A stretch of DNA of 64,000 bases from Methanobacteriota archaeon (GTDB lineage: Archaea > Thermoplasmatota > Thermoplasmata > SG8-5 > DAIRED01), in NCBI GenBank assembly GCA_043799545.1, contig JAZDNO010000006.1, positions 32,001-96,000 of the forward strand, read 5' to 3'. This document shows, one piece after another, positions 9,950-18,881 of this stretch (the stretch's first letter is position 1; each line of letters opens with the position of its first letter). A program made the translations under genes and the position numbers. Under the pieces are notes generated by a model. It did not search any database. It saw only the letters and a program-made list of their open reading frames with translations, and was not told the origin of the DNA.

Positions 9950-11722
9950 CTACGGTTTTTCAGTTTGGCACAAAAGCATCGCAAGAAGTGCCGCGTAAAT
10001 CCCAAAGGCGGAGATGCCCAGCGCGGGCAACCACAATCCCACCTTCTCGTCCTCTACGACGAGGTCCATGTTCAATTCTCCTGGCCCGCCAGCGTCGGCG
10101 GTCGCCGGATGGGCGCCCACCGTTGATGCCGTTATCGTTCCGTTGACAAAATGGGTGGGGCAAAGAATCTTGACTTCGAAGCGCCCTGCTTCGCCGGTGG
10201 TGCCGTTCGCACGCCCTCCATCCCCCCATCTGACCTCGACGAATGCTCCATCGATTGGAACGCCTTCTTTGTCCGTCACAGTCCCGTTGACGTGGAGCCA
10301 GGCCTCGATGACGAGTTCCTCCGCGGGCTCGGCGATGGCCGCCAGGTTCCCGTCTTTTCCATAGATGTAAGCTGAGACGGGATACGTTCCGAAGGGAAGT
10401 CCTGTGAAACTCGCGGAGGCGTGGCCGGATGCGATGGTGCGCTCCTCGCTATCCATCGGCAGGCCATCGATAAGGAACACGGCAACCCCCTCAGCATCGG
10501 TGTCGACGGATAATGTCGCGGCATCCATCGCGCCATCGCCATCAGTATCCTCCCGTTGGATGGAGAGGTCCGCACGATAATGCGGCGCCGGGGCATACGT
10601 TCCATAGGTGTCGAGGAACTCGGCCCACCCGGTGTCGGCGGCGAGGGCCAGCGCCCGATATGACGGAGTTGCGCCATTCAGCGGAAACCACACTGAAAGA
10701 CCGTTCGCATGCTCCGCCGACTCGTCGCCGAGGCGCGTCCACGCGTCGCTGTAGACGATGGAGCCGTAAACGGCCTGCTCAAGGTCCCCCGTGAGTCCTG
10801 CTAGCATCCTGCTTCCGCCCTTGGAGGCGATGTTTTGCGCTAAGTGCGCCAAGTCGTATTCCGCGTCGCCATCGTATCTTTCCGTTGTACCGCGCGCGCT
10901 TGTTATGTTGTTGCGCAGGAGGCTGGTCGACCGTCGCAGTTCGTGTGCGAAGCTCGAAAAAGATTGCGCGACGGAACCCATCATTTTGAGGTCGATGACC
11001 GAGACTGTTGTCGAGTATGCGCTGTGGTTTCGGGCCCAGGACATGTAGGTCTGCGCAAGAAGAGTGCCCGCCAGGGACGCGACGCCGGCGAACTGAATAC
11101 TCGAGAGCCAATAGCCATAATGCCATCCCTCTGCAGGCACGTCCTTCTCCGACGCAACCAGCACATCGGCGCTGTTCCGGAGCTGGTACGCGACTTCGAC
11201 CATCCCCATTTGGCAGGCGTCGATTGATAGCAAATCGGGCTCGTGGCCGGCGAGCGCGCACTCTATTTCAGGCATCGTGAGCCAGCTCCCGCGGTCCATG
11301 CAGACGCCGGGCCAGCCGGCGCCGTGTCCCCAGAGGTCGAGCGCGTGCATGCACTCCGGCTGCTGCGAATCCGCCCAGGACACGAAATCGCGTAGCGTTT
11401 CGGGTGCGCCCATGTCGAGCTCCGGGCCCCATGACGCATTGATGGCCGCGAGCCCCAAATCGAGCCACGAATCTCCGCCGAACTCCAGCAACCTGGAGTC
11501 TCCGACCCCGTCCTGGTCCACCAAGGCAAAGACATCGACGCTCCCCTGAGAGACGAAGGATGTAATCTCGTCCAAATCCTGCTGCACGTTGTCGGACAGG
11601 GTGTTGTCGGCCGAAACGTAAATCGCAACGACCCAGTCGTAGCGCGCGGCCTGCGCCCCGGCAGGCAAACACCCAAGGCTCGTAAACAGCAACGCTAGCC
11701 CAAGAATTGCAGCGGCCTTCAT
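9950..11722 (-). CDS. Secreted, membrane-anchored clostripain (C11) family cysteine peptidase
   Basis: N-terminal signal peptide; WGHGAGW (His) and DACQMG (Cys) catalytic motifs; beta-rich carboxypeptidase-regulatory-like domain; C-terminal TM helix. Confidence 0.82.
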   Translation of the reverse strand: MKAAAILGLALLFTSLGCLPAGAQAARYDWVVAIYVSADNTLSDNVQQDLDEITSFVSQGSVDVFALVDQDGVGDSRLLEFGGDSWLDLGLAAINASWGPELDMGAPETLRDFVSWADSQQPECMHALDLWGHGAGWPGVCMDRGSWLTMPEIECALAGHEPDLLSIDACQMGMVEVAYQLRNSADVLVASEKDVPAEGWHYGYWLSSIQFAGVASLAGTLLAQTYMSWARNHSAYSTTVSVIDLKMMGSVAQSFSSFAHELRRSTSLLRNNITSARGTTERYDGDAEYDLAHLAQNIASKGGSRMLAGLTGDLEQAVYGSIVYSDAWTRLGDESAEHANGLSVWFPLNGATPSYRALALAADTGWAEFLDTYGTYAPAPHYRADLSIQREDTDGDGAMDAATLSVDTDAEGVAVFLIDGLPMDSEERTIASGHASASFTGLPFGTYPVSAYIYGKDGNLAAIAEPAEELVIEAWLHVNGTVTDKEGVPIDGAFVEVRWGDGGRANGTTGEAGRFEVKILCPTHFVNGTITASTVGAHPATADAGGPGELNMDLVVEDEKVGLWLPALGISAFGIYAALLAMLLCQTEKP

Positions 11723-11765
11723 TGTTGCCGATTAGGCCCACCCGGCGTAATAAACTTTTGCCGTT

Positions 11766-13529
11766 TCACTGGCCCAACAGCTCCCAGAGCAGTCTCTCCT
11801 GGTCGTCGTTGAGGGCAAGCAGCACCTTCTCGAGCCTCTCCCTGCGCTCCTTCGGGACGCGGCCAACGGCCAGGTACTTATCTATCTTCTGACCCAGCTT
11901 CTCCAGCTGCTGCTTGCTGCGCACCGCGGTGGGCATTACGCGCTTAAGCTCCCCTCGCTCGGCCAGCGCCCTGAACTCGTCCCGCAGGCGGAACTTCTGC
12001 ACCTTCCCGCGTCCGCTCAGGGGCAACGCCATCCCTATCGTAACATACCGTGGAACCTTGGCGCTGGCCACGTTGCCGTAAAGGTGGTCGACGACATCCT
12101 CCGGCGTCAGCGACGCCCCAGGCAACGGTATCACTGCCGCCCCGACGACCTCTCCCAAATCTTTGTCGGGAACGCCGAAAACGGCGACCTCCTGGATGAG
12201 AGGATGCTTCATCAGCTCCTCCTCGATTTCAGTCGGATAGACGTTGAATCCGCCGACAATGACCATGTCCTTCTTCCGCCCGACTATGGCGTAGTATCCG
12301 TCCTTGTCCAGCACGGCGAGGTCGCCGCTGTGGAGCCAGCCCTCAGGGTCGATCGCCAAATCCGTCGCCTCGCGAGCCTTGTAGTAGCCCTTCATCACGT
12401 TGTATCCGCGGCAGCACAATTCGCCCACTGTGCCCTGCGGGACCGGATGGTTCTCATCGTCCACGATCCGAACCTCGACCTCTGGCAGCTCCTTTCCGAC
12501 TGTCTCGACCCTCTTCTCCACCGGGTCCTCGAACCTTGTCATCGTGATGAGTGGGGAGGCCTCTGTCAGCCCGTAGCCGATGCACACGTTGCAGTGCAGG
12601 CTCTCCATCACGTCGCGCATAGTCTCGACCGGGCACGGCGCCCCCGCCATGATTCCGGTCCTCAATGTCGAAACGTCATACTTCTGCCTGTCCAGCACCT
12701 CCAATTCGCGTATGAACATCGTCGGCACGCCGTGCAGGATGGTGCACTTCTCTTTCTCGATCAGGTCAAGCACATCCTCGGCGTTGAACGCTTTGACGGG
12801 GACCATCGTGGCGCCGTATGCGGCGCACAGCGTGAGGCTGAGCACGTTGCCGAAGCAGTGCGAGAACGGGACGGGGATGAGCATCCTGTCGCGCTGGCTG
12901 GTCTCTATCACGCGACCGACGTCGGTGGCGTTGCGGACGACGTTGTTGTGGGTGAGCATCGCCCCCTTCGGCTTGCCCGTCGTTCCCGAGGTGTACAAAA
13001 TGAAAGCAACGTCGTCCGGGTCTATGGAGCGCATGAGGTTGAAAAAATTCGGCGTGGTCCGCCATTCGATGCCGGACTGCTGGATATCCTCGAATCTCAG
13101 CGTGTCCGCGCCCGGCTCGCCCGAAACGACGACGTGCTTGAGGATGGGGAGCCTCGTTTTGATAGTGGCGACCATCTCGACATAGTCCGCGCCTTGGTAC
13201 TTGTCGGCGACTAAGACCGCGACTGACTCAGAATGTCCGAGAATGTACTCGGCCTCGGAAGGCTTGTACCAAGTGTCCATGGGTATTATGACCGCGCCGA
13301 GCTTAGAGAGAGCGAACCAGGAGACAATCCACTCTGCGGAGTTGGGCATCCAGAGCCCGACCTTGTCGTCCTTTGCGATTCCGAGCTTCATCAGGCCGAC
13401 GGCGAGCTTGTTGGACTCCTCGTTGAGCTGGGCCCAGGTTATCCTTCGGTCTCCGAAAATTATCGACTCCTTGTCTGGGAAGACGAGAGCGCACCTGTCG
13501 AGGAGCGCGCCCACTGTCAGTTTGTCCAT
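11766..13529 (-). CDS. Acyl-CoA synthetase (AMP-forming)
   Basis: YTSGTTGKPKG, GYGLTE, SGDL, GRKKDM; likely start MDKLTVG at 13529; extra C-terminal helical tail of about 60 aa. Confidence 0.9.
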   Translation of the reverse strand: MDKLTVGALLDRCALVFPDKESIIFGDRRITWAQLNEESNKLAVGLMKLGIAKDDKVGLWMPNSAEWIVSWFALSKLGAVIIPMDTWYKPSEAEYILGHSESVAVLVADKYQGADYVEMVATIKTRLPILKHVVVSGEPGADTLRFEDIQQSGIEWRTTPNFFNLMRSIDPDDVAFILYTSGTTGKPKGAMLTHNNVVRNATDVGRVIETSQRDRMLIPVPFSHCFGNVLSLTLCAAYGATMVPVKAFNAEDVLDLIEKEKCTILHGVPTMFIRELEVLDRQKYDVSTLRTGIMAGAPCPVETMRDVMESLHCNVCIGYGLTEASPLITMTRFEDPVEKRVETVGKELPEVEVRIVDDENHPVPQGTVGELCCRGYNVMKGYYKAREATDLAIDPEGWLHSGDLAVLDKDGYYAIVGRKKDMVIVGGFNVYPTEIEEELMKHPLIQEVAVFGVPDKDLGEVVGAAVIPLPGASLTPEDVVDHLYGNVASAKVPRYVTIGMALPLSGRGKVQKFRLRDEFRALAERGELKRVMPTAVRSKQQLEKLGQKIDKYLAVGRVPKERRERLEKVLLALNDDQERLLWELLGQ

Positions 13530-13602
13530 GAATATCGCTCCGAGGCGCCGTAAAGCGGGGATTGGAATAAGCTTTTTCCCTGGTTGGCCTCCTGGTTTCG
13601 CA

Positions 13603-14781
13603 TCACCTGCCCAGATGCTCCAACATCCTCTCGGCAACCTTGCGGGCGCCGTCGTGCCGCACCGCAAGCTCCTGAAGCCGCTTGGCGCTCTTCTCGTAGT
13701 CTTCGGCACGGCTCACCATATCATCCAGCGCCTCACGCAAAGTGTCCCGGTCGACCGAGGCCTGATCGACGACGCGGGCCGAACCATGGTCTGCCATCGC
13801 CCTGGCGTTTCCCTCCTGCTCCGACTGCGTCGGTGTGGGAATCAGGACGCAGGCCTTTCCAAACCTGGCAATCTCGGAAAGGGTTGTGAGCCCGGGCCGC
13901 GATACGACTACGGAGCACGCCTTCAGAAGTTCGAACCTGCTGTCCGTCCAGCCGCGCACGTTCACTCGGCTTCCCAGCCATTCGGATGAGGCGTCTGAGG
14001 GATCGCCCTTGACTATCAGCGATTTGCGATCGAACTCGGGCAGTACGCTTTTCAAGGCGTCGATGATGGGGGCGCGCGTCCGGCCAGGCCCGCTCACGGC
14101 CGCGTAGACGAACAGCCCGCCGTCGAAGCCGTTGCGCCTGCAAATCTCGCCCCTCTCAGGAAAATCCTCGGGCTTGGCTCGATAGATAGGGCCTACGAAC
14201 GTCAACCGTTTCATCAAGCGCTCCGGAACAGCGGCGTTGTCCCTCGAAATAGTGTCTGGGGGCGGGAAGTCCGGGAAGAATATCGCCTCAGCCCTCCGCA
14301 GCCAGTGGTGATTCGCCCGCGTGATTCTGTTGCTCGCCCAACGCATCAGATATCGTTCCTCCCATCGTGGCATCAGGAACCTTATCTGGTTTGACAGGAA
14401 GAAATGTGGGGCGTCGTAGTGCCCGGTCGCGAAGACGGTCGAGTACCTGGTGTCGACGAGGATGGCATCCGGCTTCACGTGCGAGAGCCTCTTCCGCTCC
14501 TGCTCCATGTGGATGCCGAACTTTCGGATGTAGAGTCCCATCTTGGCCACGGAGCTGGTGACGGCAATCGAGCCGTCCTGGTACTCGTCCCACATTAGCA
14601 CCGGCGAATCGTAGGCCTCGTATCCGGCGGCGGTGATGTATTTGTAAGCTGGCCCATAGGTCGAGAAGATGCACTCCACCCCGTTGTCCCGAAGGATGTC
14701 CGCCACTGCGACGACCCGCCCGATGTGGCCCAGCCCTATCCCGCAGGCGGAGATATAGACTTTTTTCTTCGCGCTCGACAT
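13603..14781 (-). CDS. GT-B glycosyltransferase (MurG/GT28-like, archaeal)
   Basis: CGIGLGHIGR N-terminal motif; RPGLTTLSE and PTPTQSEQEGNA; start MSSAKKK at 14781. Confidence 0.82.
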   Translation of the reverse strand: MSSAKKKVYISACGIGLGHIGRVVAVADILRDNGVECIFSTYGPAYKYITAAGYEAYDSPVLMWDEYQDGSIAVTSSVAKMGLYIRKFGIHMEQERKRLSHVKPDAILVDTRYSTVFATGHYDAPHFFLSNQIRFLMPRWEERYLMRWASNRITRANHHWLRRAEAIFFPDFPPPDTISRDNAAVPERLMKRLTFVGPIYRAKPEDFPERGEICRRNGFDGGLFVYAAVSGPGRTRAPIIDALKSVLPEFDRKSLIVKGDPSDASSEWLGSRVNVRGWTDSRFELLKACSVVVSRPGLTTLSEIARFGKACVLIPTPTQSEQEGNARAMADHGSARVVDQASVDRDTLREALDDMVSRAEDYEKSAKRLQELAVRHDGARKVAERMLEHLGR

Positions 14782-14802
14782 GCGGAGGTGGATGAATGGA
14801 TG

Positions 14803-14812
14803 GCATATAAAA
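14803..14812. promoter_or_regulatory. Shared TATA element of divergent promoters (GT28 gene / radical SAM gene)
   Basis: GCATATAAAA lies in the roughly 70 bp gap, about 25-45 nt from both start codons. Confidence 0.45.
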
Positions 14813-14851
14813 TACGTTAGTTTTATGAACGACGAGGCCATCCACGCGCCA

Positions 14852-16042
14852 ATGGCGAAAAAGTCGAGCGCGCTAAGCCGACTCCCCCTCCAGTTCTGGA
14901 AGCCGATGCGAAGGCATCCCACGCTGATGCTCGGAATGATGCGCGGGGCATACAAAAAGTACGTCACTGCCAACAGAGCCCACGGTCGGGCGGACGGGAC
15001 GAGCGACGCCCTCTGGCTGATAAGCATGAGGATAACCGCGCGCTGCAACCACCGCTGCGCCATATGCGGCCAGCAGGGGGAGAAGGGATACAACAGGCTC
15101 GAGAACGTCCAAAAACCGACCGACGAAGTCCCTGTCGAAACGTACATGCGGATGGTGGACGAGGTAAAGCACCTCAAGCCGCACATCTACATAACGGGCG
15201 GCGAGCCGTTCCTCTATAAAGATTTGATTCCCCTGGTCAGATACATGAAGCAGAACGGCCTTTCTGTTCAAGTAGTCACGAATGGCGTGGGGCTGGAGAA
15301 GAACGCCGAGGCGATTGTGGACGACGAATGGGACATGCTATGCGTTTCGTTGGACGGACCGAGGGAAGTGCACGACAAGTGCCGCGGGCTGGTCGGCGCC
15401 TACGATACGATGCAGAGGGGAATGCGAAAGATACAGAAGATAAAGAAAGAGAAGAAAAAGAAATACCCGACGTTCTACACCCTATCGACCCTTTCGCAGG
15501 CGAACCAGGCGAACCTGATGGACACGCTCCGCGAGGCCGAGGACCTTGAGCCAGACGTGATCGGCGTCTATTACTCTTGGTTCACCAGCGAAGAGGTCGG
15601 GTGCAGGCATTCTGAAATCATCAAGAAGGAGCTCGGCGTCGAGCCTTTCGCCTGGAAGAGCTACGCCAGGGACATGTCCGGCATGGACCCGGAAATCATT
15701 GCAGAAACGGTGAGCAGGGTAAAGAAAACGAAATTCAGGGCTCCCGTAGTCTTTATCCCTCAGATACAGCCGGACGAGATCGAGGAGTACTACCACCACC
15801 CGGAGAGCTTCCTGGGCTGGAAGAAATGCCTGGCTCCGTGGTTCCAGATCGACATCATGCCGAACGGCGACGTGGTGAACTGCCGCGATTTTCCCGACAT
15901 TCACATGGGGAATATGCAGAAGACGCCGTTGCTGGACATCTACAACGGCGAGATGTTCAGGAGGTACAGGAAGGCGCTCGCCAAGCAGCCGGACGGGGTG
16001 TTCCCGCTGTGCTCTAGGTGCTGCGGGCTGATGGGGTACTGA
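14852..16042 (+). CDS. Radical SAM protein with SPASM/Twitch domain
   Basis: CNHRCAIC, ITGGEPFL, SLDG, CLAPW...MPNGDVVNC...CSRC; start at 14825 or 14852. Confidence 0.88.
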   Translation: MAKKSSALSRLPLQFWKPMRRHPTLMLGMMRGAYKKYVTANRAHGRADGTSDALWLISMRITARCNHRCAICGQQGEKGYNRLENVQKPTDEVPVETYMRMVDEVKHLKPHIYITGGEPFLYKDLIPLVRYMKQNGLSVQVVTNGVGLEKNAEAIVDDEWDMLCVSLDGPREVHDKCRGLVGAYDTMQRGMRKIQKIKKEKKKKYPTFYTLSTLSQANQANLMDTLREAEDLEPDVIGVYYSWFTSEEVGCRHSEIIKKELGVEPFAWKSYARDMSGMDPEIIAETVSRVKKTKFRAPVVFIPQIQPDEIEEYYHHPESFLGWKKCLAPWFQIDIMPNGDVVNCRDFPDIHMGNMQKTPLLDIYNGEMFRRYRKALAKQPDGVFPLCSRCCGLMGY

Positions 16043-16068
16043 GAGTTTTCCTGGCGCATGTTTTGCTG

Positions 16069-16109
16069 AAGTTGAAACTATACTTTCAAGTTTCGCGCGA
16101 AAGTTGAAA
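16069..16109. promoter_or_regulatory. Cluster of palindromes and direct repeats upstream of the GIY-YIG gene (candidate operator)
   Basis: TTGAAACTATACTTTCAA (16072-16089), TTTCGCGCGAAA (16091-16102), AAGTTGAAA at 16069 and 16101. Confidence 0.45.
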
Positions 16110-16196
16110 ATATGATGTTGACTTTCCCATAATTATTAGATGGAGCGGACGAAACAATTATTACATGGAACTTGTTTCTTCACGTTGGTGTAGGTT

Positions 16197-17048
16197 ATGA
16201 TTGGCGTAGCTAAATTGCTTGGAATTGAGGAGTTCGTAGAGAATATCAAAGTACACATGGCTACGGAGCCGGGGGATGCCTACAGGCCATTGAAAGAATA
16301 TGAAGCAGGGATAGAATCTTTCAAGAAATGGCAGGACTACCAAGGCAACGATATCTTCAAGAGGAAATATGTAGCTTCGTTCGTCCAATATCGTAAGAAC
16401 GTCTGGTTGTTTGTCGGGGTCTGGGAGATTAAGGGTTTCGTTAATAAACCACGCGATAAGGATGCAGGGGATTGGGCTAATCCGGGAGCCAAGATACGTT
16501 ATAATTCTTCCCTCACGAGTTACGGGAAGGATTTGGTCGGACGCTTGCTCATAGACTGGGTGCGCACCCAACGAGACCGAAATTCATACCGGAACGGTGA
16601 GAATTTTTTCCATCAATTAGGTGTGAAATACATCAAAGAGAAGAAGCATGAAACATCCGAATACCCAGGTCCCGATGATGTTCACCTTACGCACTCAGAA
16701 CTCACGACTATTGTCGATAAAGAGGTGGAGTCTTGGAAAGTTTCCTTGTCCTATCTAAAAGGAGTCTATTTAATAATGGACAATAAAACGGGCAAAGGTT
16801 ACGTTGGTAGCGCTACAGGCGAGGATTATCTCTGGCAGAGATGGTGTCAATATGCAAAAACGGGGCATGGTGGCAACAAGCTACTGGTGCGCCTTTTAAA
16901 AAAGGAGGGCGATGACTACGCTGACAACTTTACGTTTTCTCTATTACAGGTCTTCAACCCCTCTGTTGATGATAACGTTGTGATTGAGCGTGAAAGTTTC
17001 TGGAAGAGTGTTTTACTCACACGAGATTTCGGGTATAACGACAATTGA
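16197..17048 (+). CDS. GIY-YIG nuclease family protein on an AT-rich insertion
   Basis: GVYLIMDNKTGKGYVGSA...LWQRW..Y...GHGGN...E..WK..L.TR.FGYNDN C-terminal GIY-YIG domain; lower GC than flanks. Confidence 0.85.
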   Translation: MIGVAKLLGIEEFVENIKVHMATEPGDAYRPLKEYEAGIESFKKWQDYQGNDIFKRKYVASFVQYRKNVWLFVGVWEIKGFVNKPRDKDAGDWANPGAKIRYNSSLTSYGKDLVGRLLIDWVRTQRDRNSYRNGENFFHQLGVKYIKEKKHETSEYPGPDDVHLTHSELTTIVDKEVESWKVSLSYLKGVYLIMDNKTGKGYVGSATGEDYLWQRWCQYAKTGHGGNKLLVRLLKKEGDDYADNFTFSLLQVFNPSVDDNVVIERESFWKSVLLTRDFGYNDN

Positions 17049-17113
17049 CACGAGGTTATTATAATCGAACAGCATAAAAGAAAGTATACGCTGGATTTTG
17101 TTATCATTACCTA

Positions 17114-17120
17114 TTTATAC
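17114..17120 (+). promoter_or_regulatory. TATA box of the rpl7ae-rps28e-rpl24e-ndk operon
   Basis: TTTATAC about 27 nt upstream of a 5' hairpin that begins at 17141. Confidence 0.55.
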
Positions 17121-17140
17121 AAGCTTGCCTTCGAAGGACT

Positions 17141-17221
17141 GCTCTTTTCGAAGAGCCGATGACTGATGAAGCGGCGGTCCTCCGGGTGTTTGTCCCGCGC
17201 GGGCCTGCCGTGGAACGAGGT
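17141..17221 (+). promoter_or_regulatory. rpl7ae 5' UTR with tandem K-turns covering the Shine-Dalgarno and a competing UUCG hairpin
   Basis: GCC-gau-GACU-gau-GAAGCGGCGG (17155-17177) pairs with CUGCCGUGGAACGAGGU (17205-17221); hairpin GCUCUU-UUCG-AAGAGC at 17141-17156. Confidence 0.75.
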
Positions 17222-17227
17222 GAAAAT

Positions 17228-17598
17228 ATGGCAAAGCCAATGTACGTAAGGTTCGAGCAGCCGAAGGAGATAACGGACAAGGTCTTCCAGCTAGCGGACG
17301 CGGTCCGCGAGAGCGGGAAGATGCGCAAGGGAACGAACGAAGTCACGAAACTCGTTGAGCGCGGCGACGCCCAGATGGTCATAATGGCCGAGGACGTCTC
17401 CCCGGAGGAGATACTGGCCCACATGCCGATACTCTGCGACGAGAAGAACGTGCCCTACGCCTACGTCGCCAGCAAGGCCGACCTGGGCAAGGCCGCCGGG
17501 ATGGAGAAGCCGACGGCGTCCGTTGCGATCATAGACATCGGCAAGGGAAAACCATGCTGGACGAGATCGTCGCCGCCGTCAAGGCGCTGAAGCAGTGA
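17228..17598 (+). CDS. rpl7ae: 50S ribosomal protein L7Ae, with an apparent -1 frameshift near the 3' end
   Basis: [33 protein letters not shown]. Frame 0 ends in an aberrant [13 protein letters not shown] (stop 17590); the -1 frame gives the expected [15 protein letters not shown] (stop 17598), followed by an RBS and rps28e. Confidence 0.93.
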
Positions 17599-17611
17599 GG
17601 GGGCGCACCCG

Positions 17612-17821
17612 ATGGACGCGGACGGAATACCGGCTGAAGTGGTCGAGGTCGTGGGCAGGACCGGGATGACAGGCGAAGCGACGCAGGTCAAGATACGGGT
17701 TCTCGACGGCCGTGACAAGGGCCGAATAATAACCAGGAACGTCATGGGGCCTGTTCAGATAGGCGACGTGCTGGTGCTTAGGGAGACGGCGCGCGAGGCA
17801 CGGAAGCTCGGCGTGAGGTGA
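17612..17821 (+). CDS. rps28e: 30S ribosomal protein S28e
   Basis: [21 protein letters not shown]...RNVMGPV..GD.L.L.ETAREAR. Confidence 0.97.
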   Translation: MDADGIPAEVVEVVGRTGMTGEATQVKIRVLDGRDKGRIITRNVMGPVQIGDVLVLRETAREARKLGVR

Positions 17822-18396
17822 TTCAAATGGTCGAGAGGAAGAACTGCTCGTTTTGCGGAGGGGAGATCGAGCCCGGGACTGGCTCGATGTTCATACGCAA
17901 GGACGGGGTGACTTACAACTTCTGCAAGAAGAAGTGCAGGAAGAACCAGATTATACTGGGCAGGATACCCCGAAGGACCCGCTGGACTAAGGCGTTCTGC
18001 GACCTGAAGGCTGCCGGTCTGAGCAAGGAAGCGATGGCCAAGAAGGATGAGGACGACGAAGCAGAAGCGGCGCCCGCCCCGGTCAAACCCAAGGCGTCGA
18101 AGAGGCCAGTCAAGGCCGAGGCTGAGGCGCAGGCCCCTGTGAAGGCGCCATCGCCCGCAGCGGAGCCGAAGAAGAAGACTGCCTACCAGGAGCTGAAGGA
18201 GCTGAGGCCCGAGGTGCCCCAGCAGAAGGCGCCGGAGGCCGCCGGACCGGCGCTGAAGCCAAAGCCGGCAGCATCCAAAGCCCCGGCACAACCCAAACCC
18301 GCAAAGCCGGCCGAGCCGAAGCCCGCCGCGGACAGGCCATCCGAGGCAAAGCCCAAGGCGCCGGCGAAGAAGCCCAAGGCCGAAGCCCCGAAGTAA
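17818..18396 (+). CDS. rpl24e: 50S ribosomal protein L24e with long Ala/Lys/Pro/Glu-rich C-terminal extension
   Basis: CSFCG..IEPGTG.M....DG....FC..KC.KN...R.PR...WT core in the first ~62 aa, then low-complexity tail. Confidence 0.93.
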   Translation: MIQMVERKNCSFCGGEIEPGTGSMFIRKDGVTYNFCKKKCRKNQIILGRIPRRTRWTKAFCDLKAAGLSKEAMAKKDEDDEAEAAPAPVKPKASKRPVKAEAEAQAPVKAPSPAAEPKKKTAYQELKELRPEVPQQKAPEAAGPALKPKPAASKAPAQPKPAKPAEPKPAADRPSEAKPKAPAKKPKAEAPK

Positions 18397-18407
18397 TTGG
18401 ACGGAGC

Positions 18408-18860
18408 ATGACTCGCACATTCGCGATGGTCAAGCCCGACGGGGTCCAGCGCGGCCTTGTCGGCGAGGTCGTTGCAAGATTCGAAAGGCGCGGCCTGAAG
18501 ATTGCCGCGATGAAGATGATGCAGATATCGCGCGAGCTTGCCGAGCGCCACTACGGGGAACACAAAGGGAAGCCTTTCTACGAACCGCTTGTAGGGTTCA
18601 TAACCAGCGGACCGGTCGTCGCGATGGTGTTGGAAGGCGAGAACGCGGTCCAGGTCGTCAGGGACATGATGGGCAAGACCGACCCGCAGAAGTCCGCACC
18701 TGGCACGATACGGGCGGACTTCGGAATGGCTATGTCCAGGAACATCATCCACGGTTCCGATTCGGACGCGAGCGCGGAGAGGGAAATCGGGCTGTTCTTC
18801 AGGCCGGACGAGCTCATCGCGTATACGAGGATTGACGAGGCCTGGCTGTACGGGAAGTAA
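18408..18860 (+). CDS. ndk: Nucleoside diphosphate kinase
   Basis: [31 protein letters not shown]. Confidence 0.97.
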   Translation: MTRTFAMVKPDGVQRGLVGEVVARFERRGLKIAAMKMMQISRELAERHYGEHKGKPFYEPLVGFITSGPVVAMVLEGENAVQVVRDMMGKTDPQKSAPGTIRADFGMAMSRNIIHGSDSDASAEREIGLFFRPDELIAYTRIDEAWLYGK

Positions 18861-18881
18861 GTCATCTGAATTTAAAACCGT

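Noticed and set aside
17163-17216. CUGAUGA...GGAAC resembles a hammerhead ribozyme core
   Set aside because: It lacks the required CGAAA and a stem III/NUH site; the tandem K-turn pairing explains every nucleotide better
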